A stretch of 64,000 bases of DNA from a virus, in the IMG/VR virus record IMGVR_UViG_3300042469_000981, one strand, 5' to 3'. Under the pieces are notes generated by a model that ran no database searches, was not told where the DNA came from, and was given only the letters and a program-made list of their open reading frames with translations. Shown one piece after another: positions 39,737-49,800 of this stretch (its first letter is position 1; each line of letters starts with the position of its first letter). Made by a program: the position numbers and the translations under genes.

Positions 39737-40188
39737 TCTGGTATAACTCCAATGTATGAGAGGGCATCCATAAATTCCTTTTCACTAAAGTTTTTTATAG
39801 TGTCCATATCCATTCTGAATTTATAATGTTCACCTGGTTTTTTAGGATTAGGGTATTTATGTTTTTCTTCTTCTTTAACTGGTACTGATTTTACTGCTGA
39901 CCAATGCCAGTTAAAAGCAGAGGCTCCGTTAGCAAAAATCATTCCTTTTTCATGTAAGTTGATAGCTGATGGCATCCATACTTTACCTTTTTCATCTTTA
40001 TGGAATAAATCTTTATAAAGTTCAGGTAGTATTTCTTTTTGTTGAGTTAAAAACTCTCCATCTTCAACCATTAATGAATTTGTTTGGAAACCACAACCAT
40101 AACAAAAATAGGTTTTAATGTCTTGGTTTACTTCATCTACGTAACATGCGTCTGAGCCGCAGCGGTCACAAATTATTAAATTATCCAT
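39733..40188 (-). CDS. Zinc-ribbon hypothetical protein
   Basis: CDRCGS...CYGCG. Confidence 0.55.
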   Translation of the reverse strand: MDNLIICDRCGSDACYVDEVNQDIKTYFCYGCGFQTNSLMVEDGEFLTQQKEILPELYKDLFHKDEKGKVWMPSAINLHEKGMIFANGASAFNWHWSAVKSVPVKEEEKHKYPNPKKPGEHYKFRMDMDTIKNFSEKEFMDALSYIGVIPE

Positions 40189-41488
40189 TTATCTTTTTTA
40201 ATTTAGGTATTTCAATTTTTTTAAGTTGAGGTAATGCTAGTTTAACTTCTTTAGGAAACTCAGGAATATATTTAATAAGTAATTCATCTACTTTTTCCTT
40301 CATAGCATCCCAACTAAAATTATTTTTATTTTTACTAGCTAAGCGTTTAGCATTCTCAGTATAGTTTTTATAATTTTCAAAAACATCTTTTAAATAAAAA
40401 CCAGTTTGACCAGGGTCTACAGTGAACCATTTTGATTCAGGTAACAGGAACTGATTTTTAGTGCTTGGATGAACATTAGTTAATTGACCTCCTAATAAAC
40501 AAGTTAATTTAGAATCTAAGAAATCAATTTGGCCTGACCATCCAGAACAAATGATAGGTTTTTTAGTTAAACTAAATTCAAGCAATGGACGACCAAAACC
40601 TTCTCCTTTAGTTAAATTAACCATTGCTTTTACTTTTGGATGGTTATAAAGTTCATTCATTTCTTCATCTGAGAATTCACCATGTAAAAGATATATGTTA
40701 GGTAAGTTTTTAGAGTTTACTGTTTTCTTAATTTTCTTAATTTTCTTAAGAATTTCCTCTCTATCATAATAAGATGAACTTACTTGAGATGTTTTTAAAA
40801 TTAAAGCAGGTTTATTCATTTTATTTTTAAACGTTTCAAAAAACGCTTTAACTAACAAACCAACATTCTTTCTATCCTCACCCATATCGCCTTCCATCCA
40901 ATGTCCTACAAACAAATAAGCAAATTTTTCTTTAATACCCATCAATGAAGTATATAATTCACTTTGAGGTATTTTATCTAATATTTTATAAACATTAGTG
41001 TTAGCTCCTTCAAACAATACTTCAATAGGCTTTTCTATTTTAATAGTAGATTCTAAAACATTTGTTTGTTTATTTCTTTTTTCAAATACACAGTCTTCAA
41101 ATACTTTTTTAGAGTGATTAGATGAAGTAAGAGTTAAATCCATTCTATTAATACCTTCAACCCAATCCCCAGGACAAATATCACTTTCAATACCTGCTGT
41201 AACTCCAATATTAAACTTTCCTATAGGTTGAAATTCATTTGGAACAGTAATCTGCATCCAAATATCAGGTTGTTGATGGTTTGTTGGATTAGTAATCATA
41301 TGATTTAGTAAAAACTCCCATTCTAGATTAGATTTACAGAATCCAAAAGGTGTATTTCCCCATCGTTGAGATAAAAGTTTTACTTCATATTTATTAGTTT
41401 CTATAATAGATTTAACTAAATCTCTGCTTCGTGCTCCATACCCAGAGAAAGTATCAAATGGACAACTAATTACAAATAACGGTTTCAT
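40181..41488 (-). CDS. Glycosyltransferase family 4 (GT-B)
   Basis: Start re-called at MKPLFVIS; SGYG, RKNVGLL, KGEGFGRPLLE. Confidence 0.85.
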   Translation of the reverse strand: MKPLFVISCPFDTFSGYGARSRDLVKSIIETNKYEVKLLSQRWGNTPFGFCKSNLEWEFLLNHMITNPTNHQQPDIWMQITVPNEFQPIGKFNIGVTAGIESDICPGDWVEGINRMDLTLTSSNHSKKVFEDCVFEKRNKQTNVLESTIKIEKPIEVLFEGANTNVYKILDKIPQSELYTSLMGIKEKFAYLFVGHWMEGDMGEDRKNVGLLVKAFFETFKNKMNKPALILKTSQVSSSYYDREEILKKIKKIKKTVNSKNLPNIYLLHGEFSDEEMNELYNHPKVKAMVNLTKGEGFGRPLLEFSLTKKPIICSGWSGQIDFLDSKLTCLLGGQLTNVHPSTKNQFLLPESKWFTVDPGQTGFYLKDVFENYKNYTENAKRLASKNKNNFSWDAMKEKVDELLIKYIPEFPKEVKLALPQLKKIEIPKLKKING

Positions 41489-41492
41489 TTTT

Positions 41493-42926
41493 TTAATATA
41501 ATAATTTATGATTAATAATTCTATCTTTAGCTTCAGTAGCATTAATAAGTTCAAATCTTTCTCTTGGTTGCCAAGTAGAAAATAACTCATCAAATGCTTC
41601 AATTACTCTTTTACCTTGAGTTTCTCCAGTAAATCCAGCTTCATTTATAGCCCATTCTCTACCTTTTAAACCTTGAACTTTACGTTCTTCAGGAGTTAAT
41701 TTATACACATTCATGATTTGTTCAGCAGCGTCTTCAGGACGGCAAGTGTCATCCCAAATGTAAGGAGTTGGAGGTGAACCTACAAGTGTACGTGATGAAG
41801 GAAATACTGGATAGGCCCATTCTTTATGTTTTTTATAAGTACCTTTATGATTTGAAGGAATTTCTGGTGAAGGTGTAAACCATTCTCCATTTTCATCTTC
41901 AAATCCCATTTGATCTTGCATACCCCCAGTCACGTTTGCAATGATTGGGTTACCTGATAGAATTGCTTCTGTTAAACTTAATCCCCATCCTTCATTAGAT
42001 GTTAATAAAATTTGACAATCTGTACTATTATATAACATATTCATATGGGTTGGATCAAATCTAGCATCAGTAAAAATGACATTATATTGATCTCCATTCA
42101 ATATCAACTCAATAACAGCTTCTAAATCAGTACCATGATCACTTATTCGTTCAGTATGAAGTACCAACACACATTTTTTAGCTTGTTCAATAGGCAACTG
42201 ATCAATAAAATACCTATAAGCTAACATTGTATCTGGAATTTGTTTGCGACGAATGTTTCTTGAATTAAAGAATAAAGCAAAATCATATTCTTTACCTTTA
42301 AATAAATTTTTCTTAAATTCTACTAATTTAGAATCCTTTTTATCTAATGGTTTAAAGACTTCATGATTCAGTCCATGAGGAACATATTTAATAATTTTTT
42401 TATCTGCTTTATCACCTAAAACAAGCTTATTAATATTTACTGTTTGTTTTGAAATACCCATCAGCAAATCACAAGCTTCATAATACGGTAAGTTATATAA
42501 TGGTGCTGGGTAGTCATCCCAAATGTTTAGGTAAGTAATTGGAATTGACTTACGAATTTCATTTTCCATAGCAAACAACCAAACAAAGTAACGAGGATCA
42601 GTAATCAACATAATAGCATCTGGCTGTTCAATTTTAATCAATTGTCTTAAAATGTCTGAATTGCCATATTCATTTACAGGATACATTACTACGGATGAAT
42701 CAGTTAGTCCGGTAATGTCATTTGTTGATTGAGATAGATCTAAACGTTGACCTGCTTCTGGATGTGTAATGGCACCTCCTAAATTAACCCAATTAAAATG
42801 TTGAGCAGTGTGGATTACAATTTCTTTGGCTACTGTTGCTACACCAGAAGTAACTCTAATGTCATCACAGATAAGCATAATTTTCTTCCTCTTATCAGGA
42901 GGTAAGTAAGCAAAACTTGAATTCAT
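41493..42926 (-). CDS. Glycosyltransferase family 4 (GT-B)
   Basis: YVPHG, NSRNIRRKQ, SNEGWGLSLTEA. Confidence 0.88.
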   Translation of the reverse strand: MNSSFAYLPPDKRKKIMLICDDIRVTSGVATVAKEIVIHTAQHFNWVNLGGAITHPEAGQRLDLSQSTNDITGLTDSSVVMYPVNEYGNSDILRQLIKIEQPDAIMLITDPRYFVWLFAMENEIRKSIPITYLNIWDDYPAPLYNLPYYEACDLLMGISKQTVNINKLVLGDKADKKIIKYVPHGLNHEVFKPLDKKDSKLVEFKKNLFKGKEYDFALFFNSRNIRRKQIPDTMLAYRYFIDQLPIEQAKKCVLVLHTERISDHGTDLEAVIELILNGDQYNVIFTDARFDPTHMNMLYNSTDCQILLTSNEGWGLSLTEAILSGNPIIANVTGGMQDQMGFEDENGEWFTPSPEIPSNHKGTYKKHKEWAYPVFPSSRTLVGSPPTPYIWDDTCRPEDAAEQIMNVYKLTPEERKVQGLKGREWAINEAGFTGETQGKRVIEAFDELFSTWQPRERFELINATEAKDRIINHKLLY

Positions 42927-42933
42927 GTATTTT

Positions 42934-43128
42934 TTAGTTTTTAATTTCTAGGTTGTTGTGTGAATGAACTTTTTTTCTAAAATCTTCATCTGTAAGATAC
43001 AAATGAATAGTGCGGTCAGCAAGTTTTTGTAAAGAAAATTTGTACTTAACACATGCAATCTTGAAATCCTCAAATAACTCACTCTGTACTTTCACAGAGG
43101 TTAATGTCATATCCTTTTTATTTGTCAT
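42934..43128 (-). CDS. Small putative ribbon-helix-helix DNA-binding protein
   Basis: LTSVKVQSELFEDFK...SLQKL. Confidence 0.45.
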   Translation of the reverse strand: MTNKKDMTLTSVKVQSELFEDFKIACVKYKFSLQKLADRTIHLYLTDEDFRKKVHSHNNLEIKN

Positions 43129-43171
43129 AGCTTTTATTTAATTTTTATATATATAAATATATGAAGATTTT

Positions 43172-44125
43172 TTAAGATATACTAGCGGTACAAAGTTCTT
43201 TTTTATTTTTAAAAGGACAATACATGCAGTTCCATTTTGATGGGTTTGGTTCAAATACTTTATCTTTATATGAACCATCATGGTTAAATACTTCTTCTAT
43301 AAATGAATTAATAGTGTTAGTTGCTTTACCCATTTTAATTTTACCACTAGCAGGAGTGTATTCTTGAATCCTAGATATTGGAAATGGTGATTCTTCCCAT
43401 ATTTTTCTTTTAACAATAAAAAATTCTATTTCAATATTGTCTTCAGGTACTCCAAATTGTTTACTATAAAACTTTTTATAAAGGACTAATTGGAGTTGTT
43501 TAGTTTCATCTTTTTTAGTTTTATCATCCCAACCGCTTCTAGATGTTTTAATATCTATAATTTTAAAAGTATTAGTTGGTTCATGATACAAAACAACATC
43601 CAAGTAGCCTTTATATAAGATAGTTCTAAATTCAGAATGAGGATTAAGTAATAGAGGTACTTCACAGCCCACTAAAAACCATCCTTGTTTACCAAAATAC
43701 CCACTTCGTTTTTTCTTTACAAAATTTAAAATAGCTAAACCATCTTCATAAAACTCTCTCATTTCAACAGGATCACTAAAATGAACATTTTTATTAGATT
43801 TATAATCTTTTAAATATGTTTCTCTAAAGCGTTCCTCAAAATATTCTTCTAAATTAATTCGGTCCGCTTCAGCACCACTAATATTGTATATAGTTGTTAT
43901 ATAGTGTTGTATAACCTCATGTAGTGCAGTTCCGAATGTCATATGAATAGACTGTTCAGATGTATAATAACCGTCTCTATATTGTAAAGACCATTTACGA
44001 GGACAAGACAAAAACATAGACATTTGACTATAGGAAATTGCTTTTTCAGTAGCATAATTAATTTCCTTTAGAGTATGTTGTTTGATTTGTTTTACAATTG
44101 CAGGTATTTTTTTCTTTTTACTCAA
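43172..44125 (-). CDS. PD-(D/E)XK Cas4/RecB-like exonuclease
   Basis: SYSQ...CP; FGTALH; GYLDVV; IIDIKT; QL.LY; C..CPF...C. Confidence 0.85.
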   Translation of the reverse strand: MSKKKKIPAIVKQIKQHTLKEINYATEKAISYSQMSMFLSCPRKWSLQYRDGYYTSEQSIHMTFGTALHEVIQHYITTIYNISGAEADRINLEEYFEERFRETYLKDYKSNKNVHFSDPVEMREFYEDGLAILNFVKKKRSGYFGKQGWFLVGCEVPLLLNPHSEFRTILYKGYLDVVLYHEPTNTFKIIDIKTSRSGWDDKTKKDETKQLQLVLYKKFYSKQFGVPEDNIEIEFFIVKRKIWEESPFPISRIQEYTPASGKIKMGKATNTINSFIEEVFNHDGSYKDKVFEPNPSKWNCMYCPFKNKKELCTASIS

Positions 44126-44128
44126 AAC

Positions 44129-44383
44129 TTATTTTTTACCTTTAAGCATCTGGATTGTTTTCTCTAGATATAGAGCTAAATCCATTGCTTCTTCTTTAGC
44201 ATGTTGTAGATAGTCTAATACAGATAAATCTGTTCTATCTAAAGTATTGTTATACTTGTTTTTACCCATCTCAGCCCTTTTAATATGCTCATCAATAACT
44301 GAGTCTACAATTGAGTCTGTTTCAATTATGGTTCTTGTTTTTGGATGTTCTCCTCTAAAACCTAAATCACTGTTTTTTGTCAT
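44129..44383 (-). CDS. Hypothetical protein, possible all-alpha NTP pyrophosphatase-like
   Basis: G.NKY..TLDR.DL...LQHAKEEAMDLALYL. Confidence 0.4.
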   Translation of the reverse strand: MTKNSDLGFRGEHPKTRTIIETDSIVDSVIDEHIKRAEMGKNKYNNTLDRTDLSVLDYLQHAKEEAMDLALYLEKTIQMLKGKK

Positions 44384-44799
44384 TGGATTTCTTTTAATAA
44401 CTTTTTAATTTCTTTTTCATCAATTCCTGATTTTTCAAGAATGTATTCTACTCCTTCTTTTTTAAGAATGTATAAATAATCCTCAGCCTCACCTAATGAT
44501 ATAGTGTAAAAATTAGCTACATGTTGTAGTAGTGAGTTGCTAGGCTTCTTTTTTGAAGTTTTGATGTATTTGAGGAAGACATTCTTTTTAGGTAACATAG
44601 AACAATAGTATTTATAAGTTTTTTCTTTATCAGGGTAGGGTATTCTTTGGCCAAAATTTGCAACCTCAGTGTATCCTTCATACATACTTACAAATCTATG
44701 AACCATATAAGAGTTAAATGACTCTTGCTGGTCTTCCGTAAAAGAAGACCAGGACGTTTTATTAGTGGTGATTTCTTTTAACCAATCAAATATCGTCAC
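44380..44799 (-). CDS. Clamp loader small subunit (T4 gp62-like)
   Basis: FNSYMVHRFVS; LPKKNVFLKYIK; adjacent to the large subunit. Confidence 0.7.
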   Translation of the reverse strand: MTIFDWLKEITTNKTSWSSFTEDQQESFNSYMVHRFVSMYEGYTEVANFGQRIPYPDKEKTYKYYCSMLPKKNVFLKYIKTSKKKPSNSLLQHVANFYTISLGEAEDYLYILKKEGVEYILEKSGIDEKEIKKLLKEIQ

Positions 44800-45215
44800 C
44801 GCCGTATTCTTTTCTTAATTCCTTAGGCAATGCTTCAAGTAAAATTTCTCCACTTTCTACATCATAAAATACAGGAATAGGAATAAGAGCATCTTCATCA
44901 GCGCCTACTACAAAACGAGATACTTTTCGAAGGATAACTCCTTGACTCCAAATTTTACCACCTGATGGTGTTTCCATTGATGTTGTCTTAGACAAATCAA
45001 AATTAAGGTTCATTTGATTATTTTTCATTTTCTTTATGTTTTTTCCATTCTAAATAAAATCCTACAGCAACTAAGGTATTCATTCCAAATGATGCTATAA
45101 TTTCTTTAATATCATCATACACATTCATAGTTAGGTGAACATGACCTACCATCCAAAAAGGAACAGATAAGTTACTTGCTACCCAAAGTATAAAAAAGTG
45201 GATGAATTTTTTCAT
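44786..45215 (-). CDS. Two small hypothetical genes (44786-45028, 45018-45215)
   Basis: ORFs; the second has 2 TM. Confidence 0.5.
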
Positions 45216-46147
45216 ATTACTCTTTTACTTAAAATTAATGATAAAATTCTAGATATCAAAGCCATAATGTTTATTTCTTTATCAATTCTAAAATTAGCAT
45301 GGTATTGATATTCTTCAATATGAATAATAACTTCACCCATACTTGTAGGAGCATATTTATCTACATTATCAAATAAAAATCTAAATAATTCTTCAAAATC
45401 ATTAACACTAGAATCAGCTATAATCTGTCTAATGTTATTAAATGACTTTGTTGTTGGTTTGCATAATTCCATGAGTACTTGATTTTTGTAGTTACTAGAC
45501 ACTAATATATTTTTATCAATGACTACCTCATCACCTGTTACACCCATTTGAAGTGTATTAAGCATTTTACGTAGATCAGGATAAAATTGATTAATAACTA
45601 GTTTTAAGTCCTCAGCTCCCATCCCAACATTCTCTTTTTTAAGAATGTCTATAATATGATAAGCAATATCTTGTTTTGATGGAGGTACAATTTTAAGTAC
45701 CTGGCAGCGTGATTGAAGAGGATCAATAATACGCTCAACATAATTACAAGTTAAGATAAATCTTGTAGTACGGGCAAATGTTTCAATAATGTTTCTTAAT
45801 GATGCTTGTGCTTGGATTGTAAGAAAATCTGCTTCATCCAAGATAACAACTTTAAGAGGTTTAAACGAGGCCACAGATGAGAAGCCCTGGACCTTATCCC
45901 TAATAGTATCAATACCACGCTCATCGGAAGCGTTAATATAGAGATAATCGCAATTGAGATTATTAACAATAAGTTTAGCAAGAGTAGTTTTACCGGTACC
46001 AGCAGGGCCGTAGAAAATAAAATTTTGAATATCATTCTGTTCTAGATACTTTGAAATAGTACCTTTAATTTGTTCATTTCCTACATATGTAGAAAGATTT
46101 TGAGAACGATATTTCTCAACCCAAAGTGTATGTTGCTTAGAACTCAT
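45212..46147 (-). CDS. Clamp loader large subunit (RFC/T4 gp44-like)
   Basis: LWVEKYR, GPAGTGKTT, INASDERGID, ILDEAD, LQSRC; start re-called at MSSKQ. Confidence 0.93.
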   Translation of the reverse strand: MSSKQHTLWVEKYRSQNLSTYVGNEQIKGTISKYLEQNDIQNFIFYGPAGTGKTTLAKLIVNNLNCDYLYINASDERGIDTIRDKVQGFSSVASFKPLKVVILDEADFLTIQAQASLRNIIETFARTTRFILTCNYVERIIDPLQSRCQVLKIVPPSKQDIAYHIIDILKKENVGMGAEDLKLVINQFYPDLRKMLNTLQMGVTGDEVVIDKNILVSSNYKNQVLMELCKPTTKSFNNIRQIIADSSVNDFEELFRFLFDNVDKYAPTSMGEVIIHIEEYQYHANFRIDKEINIMALISRILSLILSKRVI

Positions 46148-46588
46148 AGTCTCCGTATATTGAATATTTTTTAGGTTCTGGTTCTTTAATTTCAACCTCA
46201 TCACTTACAATAGCATATAATTTTCCTGCTGTTAGATCTAATCTAAATGCTTTAGGTTTAACTACAGCTACTTGATACCAAGCCTCTAGAGCATCTGTAA
46301 TAGACTTTTGAACCTCATTAACATTACTCATCTTCCAATTGTCACCTGGAGGGACACGAGAACCAATCTCGATTAGTTTTTCTTGTATTTCTATTTTGCT
46401 CATAACTTAATTTGATCTTGAAAATATGGAATTAAACTCTCAATAGGATAATTTATGTAGGTATGGTTTGCTGTTGCCATACCCACATAAATCCTATCAG
46501 TACCTGGAATAAAATATAATGTTTTGATAGTTAATAATTGACCATCAATAGTAATAAGTTTTCCAATTAATGATACTGCATCTTGCAT
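46137..46588 (-). CDS. Two small hypothetical genes (46137-46403, 46400-46588)
   Basis: ORFs. Confidence 0.5.
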
Positions 46589-46598
46589 AATTGTTAAT

Positions 46599-48212
46599 TT
46601 ACATCATTCCCATCATGTTGCCAAACCCTTCATCACCTTTCTTTTCTTCTGGTTTGTCAACAATAACAGCTTCTGTTAATAAGATAGTACCAGCCACTGA
46701 AGCAGCGTTTTCGAGTGCTGTACGAGTTACTTTAGCTGGATCAATTACTCCAATTTCTCTCATGTCATGAAAATCTTCATCAAACAAATTGAATCCGTAC
46801 CAATAATCACCTCCTGTTGCTCCTGATAATGCGTTGTAAATGTCTTCTAATTCATAACCAGCATTAGATAAAATTTTCTTAAATGGTTCAGCACAAACAT
46901 TATAAACAATTCTACCACCAATACTATTAAGATCACTAATACCATTTCGAGCATGTAACAAAGCCATTCCACCACCAGGTACAATACCTTCTTCTAAAGC
47001 AGCTTTAGTTGCTTGAAGAGCATCATCTACTCGATCTTTCTTTTCTTTCATTTCCGCTTCAGTAAACCCACCAACATGAACAACTGCTACACCACCAATA
47101 AACTTAGCCAAACGTTCTTGCAACTTTTCTTTTTCATATGGTGAAATTGCTTTTTCAATTTGATTGTGAAGTTCTTCAATACGGTCTGTGATTTTGTCTG
47201 ACTCACCTTTACCATCTACAATAGTAGTTTCATCTTTACCTACAGTCACAACACGAGCTTGACCAAACCAATCCCAACTAAACTTATCCAACTTCATACC
47301 TTTTTCAGTACTGAATACTTGTCCACCAGTCAAGATAGCAATGTCTTCAAGAATTAGTTTACGACGGTCTCCAAAATCAGGAGCCTTAACAGCTACAACT
47401 TTCAAAATACCTCTTGCTTTGTTTACAATCAAAGTAGCAAGCGCTTCACCATCTACATCTTCAGCAATAATAACTAAAGGTTTATTTTGGTTAGATACAG
47501 CTTCTAAAATAGGCAACAACTCTTTTACTTGAGTAAATTTCTTGTCTGCGATCAAAATCAAAGCATCTTGTAAAGTAGTAGTCATTGAATTGTTATCAGT
47601 TACAAAGTAAGGTGATTTGTAACCTCTATCAAACTGCATACCTTCTACTGTTTCAAGATATGTTTCACCGTTTTTAGATTCTTCAATGAATACAACACCT
47701 TCACGACCTACTTTTTGCATCGCTGTAGCAATTAATTCACCTACTTCTGGATCGTTGTTTGCTGAAATTGTAGCGATTTGTTTAAGTTGTTCCTCATTTG
47801 AAATATCTTCTTTAATTTCATGACGGAGATGTTCAATTACTTCTTTTACTGCTTTATCAATACTACGTTTAATCTCAACAGCATTTTCACCATGGTTAAG
47901 ATATTTAAGACCTTGTTTAGCCATTTCACGAGCCAACAAAGTAGATGTTGTAGTACCATCACCAGCATTATCAGCAGTTTTAATAGCTGCTTGTTTAACT
48001 AATTGTACTCCCAATTCTTCAATTGGATCTTCTAATGTGATTGATTTAGCTACTGTGACACCATCTTTAGTGCTTTGAGGAATACCTCCATTAGCAATAA
48101 CTACGTTACGTCCATTAGGACCTAAAGTGGCTGTAACAGCATCAGCTAGTTTATCAATACCACTAATCATTTTTTCCCTTGCTTCGGGACCGAATTCTAT
48201 AACTTTGCTCAT
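46599..48212 (-). CDS. groEL: Chaperonin GroEL
   Basis: [57 protein letters not shown]. Confidence 0.98.
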   Translation of the reverse strand: MSKVIEFGPEAREKMISGIDKLADAVTATLGPNGRNVVIANGGIPQSTKDGVTVAKSITLEDPIEELGVQLVKQAAIKTADNAGDGTTTSTLLAREMAKQGLKYLNHGENAVEIKRSIDKAVKEVIEHLRHEIKEDISNEEQLKQIATISANNDPEVGELIATAMQKVGREGVVFIEESKNGETYLETVEGMQFDRGYKSPYFVTDNNSMTTTLQDALILIADKKFTQVKELLPILEAVSNQNKPLVIIAEDVDGEALATLIVNKARGILKVVAVKAPDFGDRRKLILEDIAILTGGQVFSTEKGMKLDKFSWDWFGQARVVTVGKDETTIVDGKGESDKITDRIEELHNQIEKAISPYEKEKLQERLAKFIGGVAVVHVGGFTEAEMKEKKDRVDDALQATKAALEEGIVPGGGMALLHARNGISDLNSIGGRIVYNVCAEPFKKILSNAGYELEDIYNALSGATGGDYWYGFNLFDEDFHDMREIGVIDPAKVTRTALENAASVAGTILLTEAVIVDKPEEKKGDEGFGNMMGMM

Positions 48213-48213
48213 A

Positions 48214-48504
48214 TTAATCTTTATTTACTTTAGCTAAAACTTGATTTTCAGGACCCAGCCAATATTCTTGACCTTCATATTCCATTTTACTAAAACCCAT
48301 TGTAGGCAATACAACTGTATCTCCTACACTCAGCATAGTAGGAATAAAAGTTCCTGTAGCTGAATAGTAACCTTTTCCAACTGCTACTACTTCTCCTAGT
48401 TTGTTTTTCTCATTCCCCAAGTCAGGGACAATAATGCCTCCATATGACGTCTCTTCAGACTCAACAGGCTTAACGATAACTGAATTATAAATTGCTTCTA
48501 ACAT
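48214..48504 (-). CDS. groES: Co-chaperonin GroES
   Basis: T.GGIIVPD...GEVVAVGKG...VGDTVV. Confidence 0.93.
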   Translation of the reverse strand: MLEAIYNSVIVKPVESEETSYGGIIVPDLGNEKNKLGEVVAVGKGYYSATGTFIPTMLSVGDTVVLPTMGFSKMEYEGQEYWLGPENQVLAKVNKD

Positions 48505-48505
48505 A

Positions 48506-49056
48506 TCAAAAATTAAACTTTTGTGTAAATGAATTAATTACATCACTATATTCACCAATGTACTCTTGTAATGAGTCATATGATTTACTATTTACTTTAT
48601 CCTTAGCGATTGATCTTAAAGCGCTTCCTAAATTACTATAATGACCTACAATTTTATTATAGTCTTTACCTGAATCACTATATCTAGTGTCTGGTGTGAC
48701 TTTAATATTAACAGTCATACAGTTGTCATCCATAGAAATGAAATAAGGTTCCATAACAGGATCATTAATAAAACGGGTATATTCTTTTTCAGTACTCATA
48801 ACATTAATATAACATTCTTTTTTTATTGTTCCAAACTTTCTTCAATAAGTGGTTGTTCATCTTCAATCACTTCAGCCTCTTCTATTAAACGAACAAACCA
48901 AAACATTCCATCTTTTCTAAATACATTAGTTGTATTTGTATAACCTTTAAATAAATTTGTATCAATTCCTGTGTGTTCAGGAATTACTCTAATGATGTGA
49001 TACAAGTCATCTTTGATAGTAATTAATGGTATACCCATATTATAGTTCTTTAGCAA
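48506..49056 (-). CDS. Two hypothetical genes (48506-48799, 48823-49056)
   Basis: ORFs. Confidence 0.55.
48804..48835 (-). promoter_or_regulatory. Promoter, ATG 4 nt downstream; upstream of the groES/groEL block
   Basis: TTTG-N20-TATATTAA-TGTT-ATG. Confidence 0.65.
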
Positions 49057-49780
49057 TTACATAATACTCACTTTTGATACTTCCATTGTCAAATGCTAGT
49101 CTCATAATTCCATCTAAATTAATTTCCATAGTACAATTAGCAACATCTTTATTACAGTACATGATTTCTTTAATTAAATTAGAATTATAATGAGCTTTAA
49201 ATTCATTAGGTAAATTATTAGTAGTAATATCTGGTAAGTAAAAAGATACCTTATTTGAGTATTCAATGTTACCTCCAAACATCATTTCCAATTGTAAATC
49301 ACCATCAGCGTTTATAAACGGCTTAAATACAACTGTATCAGTGTCTGCGAGTGCTGATTTTGCTTTGATTATAGCGTTTATACTTTCATTATCTAACGTG
49401 GCTTCAATATTGTATACACCATCACCAACATACTCTCCAGCCTTAGGAATAATCATATTATCAGCTAAAGCATAATTAAGAGTAAATTGATTATCAGCTA
49501 CAATAAGTTTAGTAATTAACTTATGTTGTCTTATATAACTTAAATCTAAATAACCATTTGTAATAGATAATAATTTAAGTAATTGAGATGTATTACTGAT
49601 TGAAATTGTTGCATCTTCTAATTCAAAATCATCACATGTTACTGTTCCGATCATTGAATTGTCAGGGGAATTGAATTTAATAATTAATTTACTATCTTGA
49701 ATGTCCCACTTAACTTTTTCATTCATTCCATTCAAGTAATACTTGGAAATAATTGAAACTAAATCTAATTTATTAATCAT
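49040..49780 (-). CDS. Sliding clamp (T4 gp45-like)
   Basis: About 245 aa, alternating beta/alpha pattern; lies between the polymerase and clamp loader. Confidence 0.7.
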   Translation of the reverse strand: MINKLDLVSIISKYYLNGMNEKVKWDIQDSKLIIKFNSPDNSMIGTVTCDDFELEDATISISNTSQLLKLLSITNGYLDLSYIRQHKLITKLIVADNQFTLNYALADNMIIPKAGEYVGDGVYNIEATLDNESINAIIKAKSALADTDTVVFKPFINADGDLQLEMMFGGNIEYSNKVSFYLPDITTNNLPNEFKAHYNSNLIKEIMYCNKDVANCTMEINLDGIMRLAFDNGSIKSEYYVIAKEL

Positions 49781-49800
49781 AACTTATTTATTATATATAT

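Noticed and set aside
43172-44125. Cas4-like gene as evidence of CRISPR-Cas
   Set aside because: It is a solo PD-(D/E)XK nuclease in the replication block, with no array or other cas genes.
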